Shown piece after piece: positions 25,157 through 38,001 of a stretch of 61,295 bases of DNA; the first letter of the stretch is position 1; each line of letters opens with the position of its first letter. Under the pieces are notes generated by a model. It was not told where the DNA came from and ran no database searches. It saw nothing but the letters and a program-made list of their open reading frames with translations. The stretch is taken from contig JAGIQG010000016.1 of the NCBI GenBank assembly GCA_024679065.1, forward strand, positions 3,286,001 to 3,347,295. Reading direction: 5' to 3'. The position numbers were made by a program, and so were the translations under genes. This DNA comes from Sphyrna mokarran. Taxonomy: Eukaryota.

Positions 25157-27178
25157 GGGGAGGCGATGGCCCCGTGGTATTATTACCAGCTCATTAATCC
25201 AGAAACTCAGGTGGTGCTCTGGGAGCTGGGTTCAAATCCCAAAATGGCAGATAGTGAAATTTGATTTGATTTATTACTGTCACATGTATTGGGAGAAAGT
25301 GAAAAGTATTGTTTCTTGCGCACTATACAGACAAAGCTAGCAAAATACAGACATACCATTCATAGGGGAGAAGGAAAGGAGAGAGTGCAGAACGGGGCAG
25401 TACAGTGGCACAGTGCTTAGCACTGCTGCCTCACAATGCCAGGGATCCGGGTTCCATTCCCGGCTTGGGTCACTGCCTGTGTTGAGTCTGCATGTTCTCC
25501 CCGTGTCTGTGCGGGTTTCCTCGGGGTGCTCCGGTTTCCTCTCACAGTCCAAAAGACATGCTAGTAAGACGCGTTGACCAAGGTAAATTCTCCCTCAGTG
25601 TACCCAAACAGGCACCGGAGTGTGATGACTAGAGGATTTTCACAGTAACTTCATTGCAGTGGAAGCTTACTTGTGACTAATAAATAAACTTTACCTTTAA
25701 CGTTGTGGTGTTACAGTATTATATCCTAATTCCCCAAAGCCCAACCACTATCTACAAGCACAAGTCAGGAGTGTGATGGAATGCGCCACTTGCCTAGATG
25801 GGTGCAGCTCCAACAATACTCAAGAAGCTCGACACCATCCAGGACAAAGCAGCCCTGCTTGATTGGCACCACATCTACAAACATTCACTCCCTCCACCAC
25901 TGATGCTCAGTAGCAACCGTGTGTACTATTTACAAGATGCACTGCAGCAATTCACCAAAGATCCTTAGATAGCACCATCCAAACCCTTGACTGCTACCAT
26001 CTAGAAGGACAAGGGCAGCAGATAAATGCTAACAACACCACCAGCAGTTTTCTCTCCAGGCCACTCACCATCCTGACTTGGAAGTATATTGCCGCTCCTT
26101 CGCAGTAGCTGGGTCAAAATCCTAGAATTGCTTCCCTAATGGCATTTAGGTCAACCCACAGCACATGGGCTGCAGCGATTCAAGAAGGCAGCTCACCTTC
26201 TCAAGGGCAACTAGGCATGGGCAATAAATGCTGGCCAGCCAGTCCAGTGACGCCCATGTCCCACGAATGAATTAAAAAAAAGTCATAGCTAGGGTTTAAG
26301 GAAAGATCAACTTAATATTTTAGGTCCAATCAAAAGTCTGACAGCAGCAGGGAAGAAGCTGTTCTTGAGTCGGTTGCTACGTGACCTCAGACTTTTGTAT
26401 TTTTTTCCTGACGGAAGAAGGTGGAAGTGACATTGTCCGAGTTGCGTGGGGTCCTTAATTACGCAGGTTGCTTTTCCGAGGCAGTGAGAAGTGTCGACAG
26501 AGTCAGTAGATAGGAGGCTGGTTTGCATGATGGACTGGGCCACATTCACAACCCTTTGTAGTTCCTTGCAGTCTTGGGCAGAGCAGGAGCCCAGACCAAG
26601 CTGTGATACAACCAGAAAGTATGATTCCTATGACTCATCTGTAAAAGCTAGTGAGAGTCATATTGGATATGCCACATTGCCTTAATCTTCTGAGAAAGAA
26701 GAAGCATTAGTGGGTTTTCATAATTTTACTATTGGCATGGGGGGACCAGGACAGGTTGTTGGTGATCTGGACACCTAAAAAGTTGGAGTTCTCAACAATT
26801 TTCACTTCACCCCCATTGATGTAGACAGCTCTTCCACCAAACTTCCTGAAGTCGATCAATATCTCCCTTGTTTGACTGGCATTGAAAGAGATATCACTAT
26901 GATTGTGATTACTGAAATGAATTCAATAAAAAAAATATCTGGAATTAAGAATCTGCTGATGACTATGAAACCATTGTCAATTGTCAGGAAAACCCATTGG
27001 GTTCACTAACGTCCTTTAGGGAAGGAAATCTGCCATCCTTACCTGGTCTGACCTACATGTGACTCCAGAGTCACAGCAATGTGGTTGACTCTCAACTGCC
27101 CCTTGGGCAACTAGGGATGGGCAATAAATATTGGTCCAGCCGGTGATACCTGTGTCCTACAAATGAATAAAAAAAAAC
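25157..27178. mobile_element. Nested stack: tRNA-SINE (25157-25260 + 26915-27178) interrupted by Rex1 (25261-26890), itself interrupted by a V-SINE (25395-25692) and a LINE 3' piece (25735-26281)
   Basis: Host sequences resume across each insert; the uninterrupted part of the SINE is seen at 55245-55545. Confidence 0.7.
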
Positions 27179-27319
27179 TGCTTTATTTAGCACCTTGCTA
27201 AATCACGTTGGAAAGGTGATTGAATCGAGGTGTTCAAAATGATGAGGGAAGGCTTGGGACAGAGTGACCAAGGGAGAAACCGTGCCCATTATTGGGAGGG
27301 TGATGAGGAGATGCCAATA

Positions 27320-30300
27320 TTGGACTGCAGTAGGCACAGTGAGAAGTCTCACAACACCATAGAACATAGAACATAGAACATTACAGCACAGAACAGGCCC
27401 TTCGGCCTTCGATGTTGCGCCGACCAATATAAAAAGCAATGCCCCTCCAAACTAAACCATTCCCTTCTCTTCCATATACTTATCAACTAACCTCTTAAAC
27501 GCCACCTCTTTAACACCAGGTGTTAACCTCTTTAACACCAGGTTAAAGTCCAACAGTTTTTTTTGGTAGGACAACTTTCCGGGGCCCTGTTCTTCATCAG
27601 GTGAATGGAAAGTGGATCCACAAACAGGACACATACAGACACAGACTCAAGATAATGGTTGGAATGCGAGTCTTTACAGATAGTCAAGATTCTACAGATA
27701 CAGACAATGTGAATGGAGAGAGGGTTAAGCACAGGTTAAAGAGATGTGTATTGTCTCCATCCAGGACAGTAAGTGAGATTTTACAAGCCTGAGCAAGTTG
27801 TGGGGGTTACAGATATTGTGACGTGAAACCAAGATCCCGGTTGAGGCCGTCCTGTGTGTGAAACTTGGCCATTAGTTTCTGCTCAGCGACTCTGCGATGT
27901 CATGTGTCGTGAAGGCCATCTTAGAGAACGTTTACCCAAAGATCAGCATGCCCTTGATTGCCAAAGTGTTCCCCGACTGGAAGGGAACACTCCTGCCTGG
28001 TGATTGTCAAGTGGTGTTCATTCATCTGTTGCCATAGCACCTGCATGGTCTCACCAATATATACCTCGGGACACCCTTTCCTGCAACGTATCAGGTCGAC
28101 AACGTTGGCAGAATTGCAAGAGTGTGTACTGAGTACTTGGTGGATGGTGTTCTCGTCTGAGATGATGGCATCCGTGTTGATGATCTGGCACATCTTGCCG
28201 AGGTTGCTGTGGCAGGGTTGTGTGGTGTTGTGGTCACTGTTCTCCTGAAGTTGGGTAGTTTGCTGCGGACAATGGTCTGTTTGAGGTTGTGTGAAGGCAA
28301 GTAGAAGGGGTATGGGGATGGCCTTGGCGAGATGTTTACGTTCATCGATGCCGTGTTGAAGGCTCTGAAGAAGATGCCGTAGCTTCTCTGCTCTTGGGGG
28401 TTACTGGACGACGAAGGGTACTCTGTCCACCGTGTCCCATGTTTGCCTTCTGAGGACATCAGTGCGGTTTTTCACTGTGGAGCATCGGAACTGAGTGATA
28501 TATCCTGTTCTTAGGAGGACTTCTTTCAGCGTCTGTACGTGTCTGTTGTGATCCTCCTCATCTGAGCAGATCCTGTGTACATGGAGGGGGTTGTCCGTAG
28601 GGTATGGCTTCTTTAACATGTTCAGGGTGGAAGCTGGAGAAATGGACCATCGTGAAGTTATCCGTGGGCTTGCAGTACAGTGAGGTGCTGAGGTAACTGT
28701 CCTTGATGGAGATGCGTGTGTTCAAGAATGCATCTGATTCTGGAGAATAGTCTATAGGTGAATCTGATGGTTGGGATGCAACTTGTAGATGTCATCATAT
28801 GGTTGTTTCAATGACTGTTGGCCATGAGTCCAAAGGAAGAAAATGTTATTGATTTTTCTAGTGTATAGCGTTGGTTGAAGGTCCTGTGCGATGAAGAGGT
28901 CTTGTTCGAACCTGTGCATGAAGATGTTGGCATATTGAGATGCAAATTTGGTCCCCATGACTGTTCCATGTGTCTGGATGAAGAACTGGTTGTTGAAGGT
29001 GAAGACAGGATGAAGCAGATGAGTTGTAAAATTGCATCTGGAAATTGGCAGTTGTTGGCATTGAGTACTGAGGCAGTTGCAGCAATGCCATCACCATGGG
29101 GGATGCTGGTGTAGAGCGCCGAGACATCCATTGTGACGAGGAGGGCTCCTGGTTCAACTGCTCCACATGTGCTGAGTTTCTGTAAGAAGTTCAGAGTGTT
29201 GCAATAGGAGCTTCCTTGTACAATGGGTTTCAAGATGCCCTCGATGTAGCCAGAAAAGTTCTTACACAGGCTCCCATTGCCTGATACAATGGGATGGCTG
29301 GGTGCGTTGGCCTTGTGTACCTTTGGGAGGCAGTAGAGATCTCCAACGCCAGGAGCACGGAGGGTGCTCTGAAGGTCCAGATCAAAGGTCTTGATTGGTC
29401 TGTTGAGTTGACGGGGGTGTTCTTTGGTCAGATATGTGGGTAACTGCCTGTAATATTCTTCGTTGTTCAGTTGTTGGTACACTTCTTTGCAGTAATTCGT
29501 TCTGTTTAATACGACGGTGGCCCTTCCTTTGTCTGCTGGTTTGATGACAATGTTGCGGTTGGTCTTGAGAGCACGAATGGTGTTGCGATGTGCTTGGGTG
29601 ACATTCAGGGCTGTCTTGCAGTGTGGCTGATGAATCTGGCATTGACGCACCTCCTGACGGTTTGGGCATACACGTTGAGTCGAGGACAGCGGCCTTCCGC
29701 CATTGCCCTCGACTCAACCAAGCCAATTCAGTTCTTTCCTCTTCAGTCACTGCACTGCAGATCTCTCTGTTGGCTGTTCTAGTTCATTGACTGTCTCATT
29801 GTGTTCACTGTTGGCCTCTTGAGGTTTGTGAAAGAACTCCTGCAGCCTCATTCGCCTGATGAATTCCTCTGTGTCTGCTGCGAGACCGATGGGGTCCATT
29901 TTAGTGGTGGGGCAGATATTGAGCCTTCGGCTGAGAACTTCAATTTCATCTGTTTGAAGTGTGTAGTCCGACAAGTTGACAATGGATTCCCCTGCAGTGG
30001 TACTGTTTTCTGCTGTGGTACCGGGGGATTCTGCTGGTAGTGATGCCGAGTTTCTCAAGTTTCCTGTTCTTGGTGTGCAAGTGGATGGTGTAGTTTGCCT
30101 GTCTCGTCTACTTGGCAGAGTTTCGCAGCTGATTTGCATCGTGAGCGCAAGTTGGTAATTTGGACTGTATCTTGATTTCCAGGGTGCAGTGTTTGCTGTA
30201 AAGCTGGTGTGTGATGTGGTTGAGGAACGTGAGAGAGGTGCGATGGCAAAATCTCTCAGGGTAGCCTGTGTTATAGGTTGACCTGAGTGCGTTTATGATC

Positions 30301-30630
30301 TGTAGACCTCTCGGTACCTTGTCTGCTTTCTTGCATCTTTGTTGAATTGCGCGATCTTCTCACTTGGAGCTGGCAATTTGTGGTATCAGTGATAGCCACA
30401 ATGTGGAGTTGCCGGCGTTGGACTGGGGTAAACACGCTAAGAAGTCTCACAATACCAGGTTAAAGTCCAACAAGTTTATTTGGTAGCATGAGCTTTCGGA
30501 GCTTTCATCAGGTGAGTGCAGGATTTGTTTCACAAATGGGACATGTATGGATACAAACTCAGATACAAGATAATGGTTGGAATGCGAGCCTTAAGAGGTA
30601 ATCAAGTTTTTACAGGTACAGGCAGTGTGC
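27320..30630 (-). mobile_element. Penelope-like retroelement, near full length, decayed (RT + GIY-YIG endonuclease, direct pseudo-LTR repeats)
   Basis: Frameshifted ORF pieces with RT motifs IVIKPADKG, YCLPKVHK, TMDVSALYTSIP, MGTKFASQYANIFM and GIY-YIG-type NVVDLIRCRKGC..YIGET..HF. Direct repeats at ~27530-27710 and ~30410-30630 each carry a CTGATGA..GAAA remnant. Confidence 0.9.
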
Positions 30631-30904
30631 GAGGAAAGAGACAACAGCTTTCAAATGAAAGGCTCTGAAAGCGGCGGGACGGAAAACCTCTCATGCAGCG
30701 GGGCTGGAACACGCAGCCTGAGAGAGTGTGGCATGAGACAACTCTGATCGAAGATTCCCTAAGGGAGTTATCTTCAAATTGAGGAAGATCATGCAAAGAG
30801 GTCCAGGGAAAAAGCTAGGGTGAAGGGGCACATTGAGTGAACTCATCCGGAAAGCTAGGACAGACAGGATGGGCTGAACGGCCTCTCATTGTTCCAGGAT
30901 TCAA

Positions 30905-32560
30905 TGTTTAAATTTATTTATTAGTGTCACAAGTAGGCTTACATTAACACCACAATGAAGTTACTGTGAAAATGCCTAGTTGCCACTCTGGCAGCTGTTC
31001 GGGTAAATTGAGGGAGAATTTAGCATGGCCAATGCATGGTCTGTATCATTATCAAAGAATCATAGAATCTTAACAGCTCAGAAGGAGGCCATTTGGCCCA
31101 TTGAGTCTGCACTGATCACAATCCCACCCACACCCTAATCCTGTTACCACACACATACACCCTAGCTAGTTCCCCTGACACTACAGGTCAATTTAGCACG
31201 GCCAATCCACCGAACCCGAAAATCTTTGGAAAGTGGGAGAAAACCAGAGCACCCGGGGGAAACCCACGCAGACACAGGGAGAACATGCGGACGCTGCACA
31301 GAGAGTGCCCAAGCCAGGTCCCTGACACTATGGGGTAGCAGTGCTAATCACTGTGCCGCAGTGAATGCTGTTATTCTATACCGGGTTACTTCCATTACCC
31401 CAACAGCCAGATTATCAGACTTGGGACTCTGTGTTGACTCTCTGAGAGGTGAATTGCATCTACTGACCTGGGACAAATCTCCCTCATCAGTTGCGGTAAC
31501 TGGAGTCAAGATGCCGCATTGTGAGGGAATTTGTACGGGAGGAGGTCATTTAGCCTATCATTCCTGTGCTAGCTCTTTGAATCATCTCTAATCCAGCCTC
31601 TCATCCATTGATCTTGTATAGACTTCCTGCTGCCTCGATAAAGCAGCGAGCATAATTAAGGACCCCACATTCTCTCTTCCACCTTCAACCAGTTGGGAAA
31701 AGGATACAAAAATCTGAGGTCACATACCAACCGACTCAAGAACTGCTTCTTCCCTGCTGCCATTAGACTTTTGAATGGATCTACCTTGGATTAAGTTGAT
31801 CTTTCTCTACACCCTAGCTATAACTGTAACACTAGATTCTGCACTCTCTCTACCCTTTCTTTATGTATGGTGTGCTTTGTCTGTATAGTACATAAGAAAT
31901 AATACTTCTTACTGTATCCCAGTACCTGATACAATAATAAATCAAATCAGAACGATTTCTTCAATTAATACCCACTCTCTCCCCCCCCACATTCCTATAA
32001 ATTTTCCCCCTTCCAGCACTTCTTCAATTACCTGGGTGGCATGAAAGCACAGTGGTTAGCACTGCTGCTTTACAGCTCCGGGATCCTGGGTTTGATTCCT
32101 GGCTCAGGTCGCTGCCTGTGTGGAGTTTGCACATTCTGCTTATGTCTGCATGGGGTTTTCTGTGGGTGCTCCAGTTTCCTCCCACAGTCCAAAGATGTGC
32201 GGGGTTAGCACAAAACAGCATGGAAAACAGGCCCTTCGGCCCAACGAGCCCGCGCCGCCACCCCGATGTTCCCACTTCTACCCATGATCCTGTCTATGTT
32301 TATAGATCTATGCATTGGAACCAAATTTGTGACAATTTAGGGAGAATTTGTTGTGCCAATCAGCCTAAGAGTACATCTTTGGGATGTGGGAGGAAACCGG
32401 AGGTTGATTTGCTTTGCTAAAATTACCCCTTAGTGTCCTAAACTGCATAGGTTAGCGGGTAAATGTATAGGGATATGGAGGTAGGGCCTGGGTGGGATTG
32501 TGGTCGGTGCAGACTTGATGGGCCAAATGGCCTCTTTCTGCACTGTAGGTTTTCTATAAT
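30905..32560. mobile_element. V-SINEs (31055-31360 minus, 32035-32560 plus) and a Rex1 3' end (31600-31948 plus)
   Basis: Family motifs as above. Confidence 0.75.
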
Positions 32561-32659
32561 TTCTATTTCTTTTGAAGGCTCCCATTGAATCTGCTTCCAC
32601 TGCCCTTTCTGGCAATGCCTTCCAGATCACAACAATTCCTCCCTGCAAAGAACGTAGAA

Positions 32660-34130
32660 TCATAGAAAAACTACAGACAGACCCTTTGGCCTACAAGTTG
32701 CGCAAAACATCTCTACCAAGCTTACCTATAATCCTCAATCTTATTAAGGGCCATGTACTCATCCAGAAGTCTCTTAAACGACCCTATCGAATCTGCCTCT
32801 ACCACCACCGCTAGCAGCCGAGTCCACTCACTCATCACCATCTGAGTGAAAAACTTACCCCTGATATCTGCTCTGCACCTACTCTCCAGCACCCTAAACC
32901 TGTGTCCTCTTGTGGCAGCCATTTCAGCCCTGGGAAAAAGCCTTTGAGAATCAACCAGATCAATACCTCTCATCATCTTTTACGCCTCTATCAGGTCACC
33001 CCTTATCTTTCGTCTCTCTAAGGAGAAAAGACCGAGCTCTCTCAACCTATCCTCATAAGGCATGCCCCCCCCCGTCCAGGCAACATCCTTGTAAATCTCC
33101 TCTGTACCCTTTCAATGGCTTCACATCCTTCCTCCAATGAGGTGACCAGAACTGAGCACAGTACTTCAAGTGGGGTCTGATCAAGGTCTTATAAAGCTGC
33201 AGCATTATCTCCCGACTCCTAAACTCAATCCCTCGATTGATGAAGGCCAGTACACCATACACCTTCTTAACCACATCCTCTACCTGTGAAGCCAATTTGA
33301 GAGTCCTATGAACCTGGAGCCCAAGATCTTTCTGATCTTCCACACTGCTAAGAGTCTTACCCTTGTTATTATATTTCTTTATTTCATTTGACCTGCCAAA
33401 ATGAATCACCGCACACTTATTCGCGTTGAAGTCCATCTGCCACTTCTCCGCCCAGTCTTGCATCCTATCTATGTCCAGCTGCAACTTCTGACATCTCTCC
33501 AAACTATCCACAAGACCTCCAACCTTTGTGTCGTCAGCAAATCTACAAACCCATCCCTCCTCTTCCTCATCCAGGTCATTTATAAATATCACAAAGAGCA
33601 AGGGTCCCAAAACAGATCCCTGGGGCACTCCACTGGTGACCGAACTCCATGCAGAAAATGACCCATCTATAACCACTCTTTGTCTTCTACGTGCAAGCCA
33701 GTTCTGGATGCACAAAGCAATGCCCCCTTGGATCCAATGCCCCCTCACTTTCTCAATAAGCCTTGCACAGAGGACCTTATCAAACGCCTGCTGAAGTCCG
33801 TATAAACTACATCTACCAGTCTTCCTTTGTCAATGTGTTTAGTCACATCTTCAAAAATTCAATCAGGCTGGCAAGGCCTTTGACAAAGCCGTATTGACTA
33901 TCTTTGATCATACTATTCTTCTCTAAATGTTTATAAATCCTGTCTTTCAGGATCTTCTCCATCAACTTACCAACCACTGAGGTTAGACTCACCGGTCGAT
34001 AATGTCCTGGCTATCTCTACTCCCTTTCTTGCATATAGGAACTACATCTGCAATCTTCCAATCCTCCGGAACCCCTCCTGTCTCCATCAATGATACAAAG
34101 ATCATTGCCAGAGGTTTGCAATCTCTTCCC
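32660..34130 (-). mobile_element. CR1 LINE RT/3' fragment
   Basis: SGVPQGSVLGPLLFVIFINDL, FADDTKV, RPHLKYCAQFWSP. Confidence 0.92.
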
Positions 34131-34602
34131 TCCATGGTAATGGTGTCTGATTTTGCCTGGACTAGTTCAGTGCTTTGTTATCAAGAAATGCATTCTCTGT
34201 GGGGCAGGGTCCTGCATTTATTACCCATCCCTAATTGCCCTTTGAGGAGGTGCTGGATGAGCCATCTTGAGCCCGCTCCTTGAGATGTAGGTACACCCAT
34301 GGTGCTGTTAGGGGGGAAATCCTAGGATTTAGACCCAATGACGGTGAAAGAATGGCCGATATATTTCCAAATCGAGATGGTGAGTGACCCAGAGGGGAAC
34401 CTCCAGGTGGAGGTGTTGCTGCCCTTGTCATTCTAGATGGTAGAGGTGGTGGGTTTGGAAGGTGCTGCCTAAGGAGCCTTGGAGAAATGTGCAGTGCATC
34501 TTGTAGATGGTACACACAGCTGTCACTGTGCATCGGGGTTGGAGGGAATGAATGTTTGTGGTTAGCATGTCGATCAAGCATGGCTGCTTTGTTCTAGATG
34601 GT

Positions 34603-35760
34603 TTGATTATTTGATTTATTATTGTCACGTGTATTAACATGCAGTGAAAAGTATTGTTTCTTGTACACTGTACAGACAAAACAGAGTTCATAGAGAAGGA
34701 AAAGAGAGAGTGCAGAATGTAGTATTACAGTCATAGCTAGGGTGTAGAGAATGATCAACTTAATGCAAGATAAGCCCGTTCAAAAGTCTGACTGCAGCAG
34801 GGAAGAGACTGTTCTTGGTTGGTACGTGACCTCGGACTTTTGTATCTTTTGTACATAGATAGGATGCAAGACTGGGCGGAGAAGTGGCAGATGGACTTCA
34901 ACCCGAATAAGTGTGCGGTGATTCATTTTGGCAGGTCAAATGAAATAAAGAAATATAATAACAAGGGTAAGACTCTTAGCAGTGTGGAAGATCAGAAAGA
35001 TCTTGGGCTCCAGGTTCATAGGACTCTCAAATTGGCTTCACAGGTAGAGGATGTGGTTAAGAAGGCGTATGGTGTACTGGCCTTCATCAATCGAGGGATT
35101 GAGTTTAGGAGTCGGGAGATAATGCTGCAGCTTTATCCGACGGAAGATGGTGGAAGAGAGAATGTCCGGGGTGCGTGGGGTCCTTAATTATGTTGGCTGC
35201 TTTTCTGAGGCAGTGGGAAGTATAGACAGAGTCAACGGATGGGAGCTTGGTTTGCCTGATGGACTGGGCTACATTCACTACCTTTTGTAGTTTCTTGCGG
35301 TCTTGGGCGGAGCAGGAACCCATACCAATCTGTGATACAACCAGAAAGAATGTTTTCTGTGGTGCATCTGTAAAAAGAGAGTCATAGATGATGTGCCAAA
35401 TTTTCTTAGTCTTCTGATGGGTTTTCTTAACTATAGTGTTGGCACGGGGGTGGGAGGTGGACGGTGGGGAACCAGATCAGATTGTTGGTAAATTCGACAC
35501 CTAAAAACTTGAAGTTCTCGACCCCTTCTGCTCCATCCCCATTGATGTATATGGGGCGTGTTTCTCTTTACACTTCCTGAATTTGATGACAATCTCCTTC
35601 GTTTTGCTGACATTGAAGGAGAGATTATTGTTGCCGCAGCAGTTTACTGGATTTTCTATCTTATTTCTGTAACTCTGTCTTGTCATTGTTTGAGATCTGA
35701 CCCACTCGATTGGTGTCGTCAGCAAACTTGAAGATTGAATTGGAGAGGAATTTGGCCACA
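34603..35760 (-). mobile_element. Rex1/Babar fragment inserted in a LINE, carrying a 284-bp CR1 templated insertion (34853-35136)
   Basis: DRKKLQKVVNVAQSI..KDPTHPGHSLFH; agatggt duplicated at the flanks. Confidence 0.8.
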
Positions 35761-35985
35761 CCAGATGGTGTTGAACTTCTTGAGTGTTGTTGGAGCCGCA
35801 CCCGTTCAGTCAAGTGGAGAGTATTCATAAGTTCATAAGATAGAGAAGCAAAATTAGGACATTTGGCCCATCGAGTCTCTCTGCCATTTGATCATGGTTA
35901 ATATGCTCCTCATCCCCTTTTGCTTGCATTTTCCCCATAACCCTTCAACCCATTACCAAGTAAAAATCTGTCTAACTCCTTCTTA

Positions 35986-38001
35986 TAGGTACTTATAGGT
36001 AAGCTAATGGAGAGGATTCTCAGGGACAGGATGTATGAGCATCTGGAGAGCTGCGATCTGATCAGGGATACGCAGCATGGCTTCGTTAAGGGGAGGTCGT
36101 GCCTTACGAATCTAGCGGAATTTTTTGAAGACGTGACAAAAACGGTTGATGAAGGACAAGCCGTTGATGTCGTCTATATGGATTTCAGTAAGGCGTTTGA
36201 TAAGGTCCCTCATGGTAGGCTGATAGAAAAGGTGAAGGCGCATGGGATACAGGGCCAGGTATGTAGGTGGGTTGAGAACTGGCTCGGGAGGAGGAGATAG
36301 CGAGTAGTAGTGGAAGGCTCTTTTTCCAACTGGAGGTCTGTCACTAGTGGTGTCCCACAGGGCTCTGTACTAGGACCCCTTCTATTTGTGGTGTATATAA
36401 ATGACTTGGAAGAGGGGATAGGTGGTGTGATCAGCAAATTTGCTGATGACACTAAGATGATTGGATTGGCGGGTACTGAGGAGCAGTGCCTGGCAATACA
36501 ACATGACATAGATAGGCTGGTAGATTGGGCAGATAGATGGCAAATGGAATTTAATCCGGATAAATGCGAGGTGATGCATTTTGGCCGGAATAATGTAGAG
36601 GGGAGTTATAGGATAAAAGGTAAAACTATCCGGAGTATAGAGATGCAGAGAGACCTGGGGGTGCAAGTTCACAGGTCTCTGAAGGTGTCAGTACAGGTGG
36701 AGAATGTGGTAAAAAAAGCGTATGGTATGTTAGCCTTCATAGGAAGGGGTATAGAATACAAGAGTAGGAGTCTGATGTTGCAGGTGTATAGAACGTTGGT
36801 TAGGCCTCATCTGGAGTACTGCGTCCAGTTCTGGTCGCTGTACTACAGGAAGGATGTAGAGGCCCTGGAGAGAGTGCAGAGGAGATTTACCAGGATGCTG
36901 CCTAGTATGGAAGGGCTGTCTTACGAGGAAAGATTGAAAACACTGGGGCTGTTTTCCCTTGAAAGACGTCGGCTGAGAGGGGATCTTTTAGAGGTATGTA
37001 AGATTATGAGGGGTATACACAGAACAAAGAACAAAGACAACACAGCCGGGAAACGGCCCTTTGGCCCAATGAGCCCGCGCCGCATCCTAATGTCTTATGA
37101 ACATATAGAAGCCAATATAGGGACAATTTGTTACCCATCAGCCTAAGAGCACATTTTTGGGATGTGAGGCTGGAGAACAGTATAGATAGAGTATAGATAG
37201 AGTAAATGGTGGTAAGCTTTTTCCACCATTAGAAAAGGATAGAACGAGGGGTCACGGGCTCAGGGTGAGGGGGGCTATGTAAAAGACGAATATTAGAGGC
37301 CAGTTTTTCACACAAAGGGTAGTGAGGGTGTGGAATGCACTACCAAGTAAGGTGGTGAGAGCAGGCACGCTAGGGTTGTTTAAGGGTCTCTTGGACAGCC
37401 ACATGAGCGGTCTGCAGATAGAGGGATATAGCAGGACTGTTTGAATTTCGGGAGGACCAAATAGTATTAGACTATCTTTTAGTTTCGTTTCGGGAATGTC
37501 TTAGTTTTTTTTTAGCATGTTTAATTAAGTCTTATTTGTTTCCGCAGGCAATTCGGTCCACCTTGTTGACCAACAAGTGGCATGCATGCAGCATGTCGTG
37601 CGAGAGCTGCTCTTGGAGGTTGCTTCAGGAGTTGCCTAGTGCTTCACGTCGTCAGTGTATGCTTAAACTGGACTATCTGATGGGCAACATGACAGCTCAG
37701 AGACTATCGCTGTTGCTGTGCTGACACATGGAATTGGGGCTGTGTCTGCGGGAGTTTGCACGTTCTCCCCATGGTTGCGTGGGTTTCCTCCGGGTGCTCT
37801 GGTTTCCTCCCACATCCCAAAAATGTGCTCTTAGGCTGATTGGGTCATAAATTATCCCTACATTGGTCCCTATATGGGAATCTTCACCAATAGGCATAGC
37901 CTAAAGACAAGGATATGTCATTAGGACGTTAGGACGGCGGCATGGGCTCGTTGGGCCAAAGGGCCTGTTTCCCGTGCTGTGTTGCTCTTTGTTCTTTGTT
38001 C
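35986..38001 (+). mobile_element. Young 5'-truncated CR1 (RT frame 36007-~37020 with one in-frame TAG at 36298-36300) with an unusual long 3' region containing a V-SINE domain
   Basis: QHGFVKGRSCLTNL, YMDFSKAFDKVPH, GVPQGSVLGP, FADDTK. The host CR1 3' piece (35826-35985) resumes at ~38002. Confidence 0.85.
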
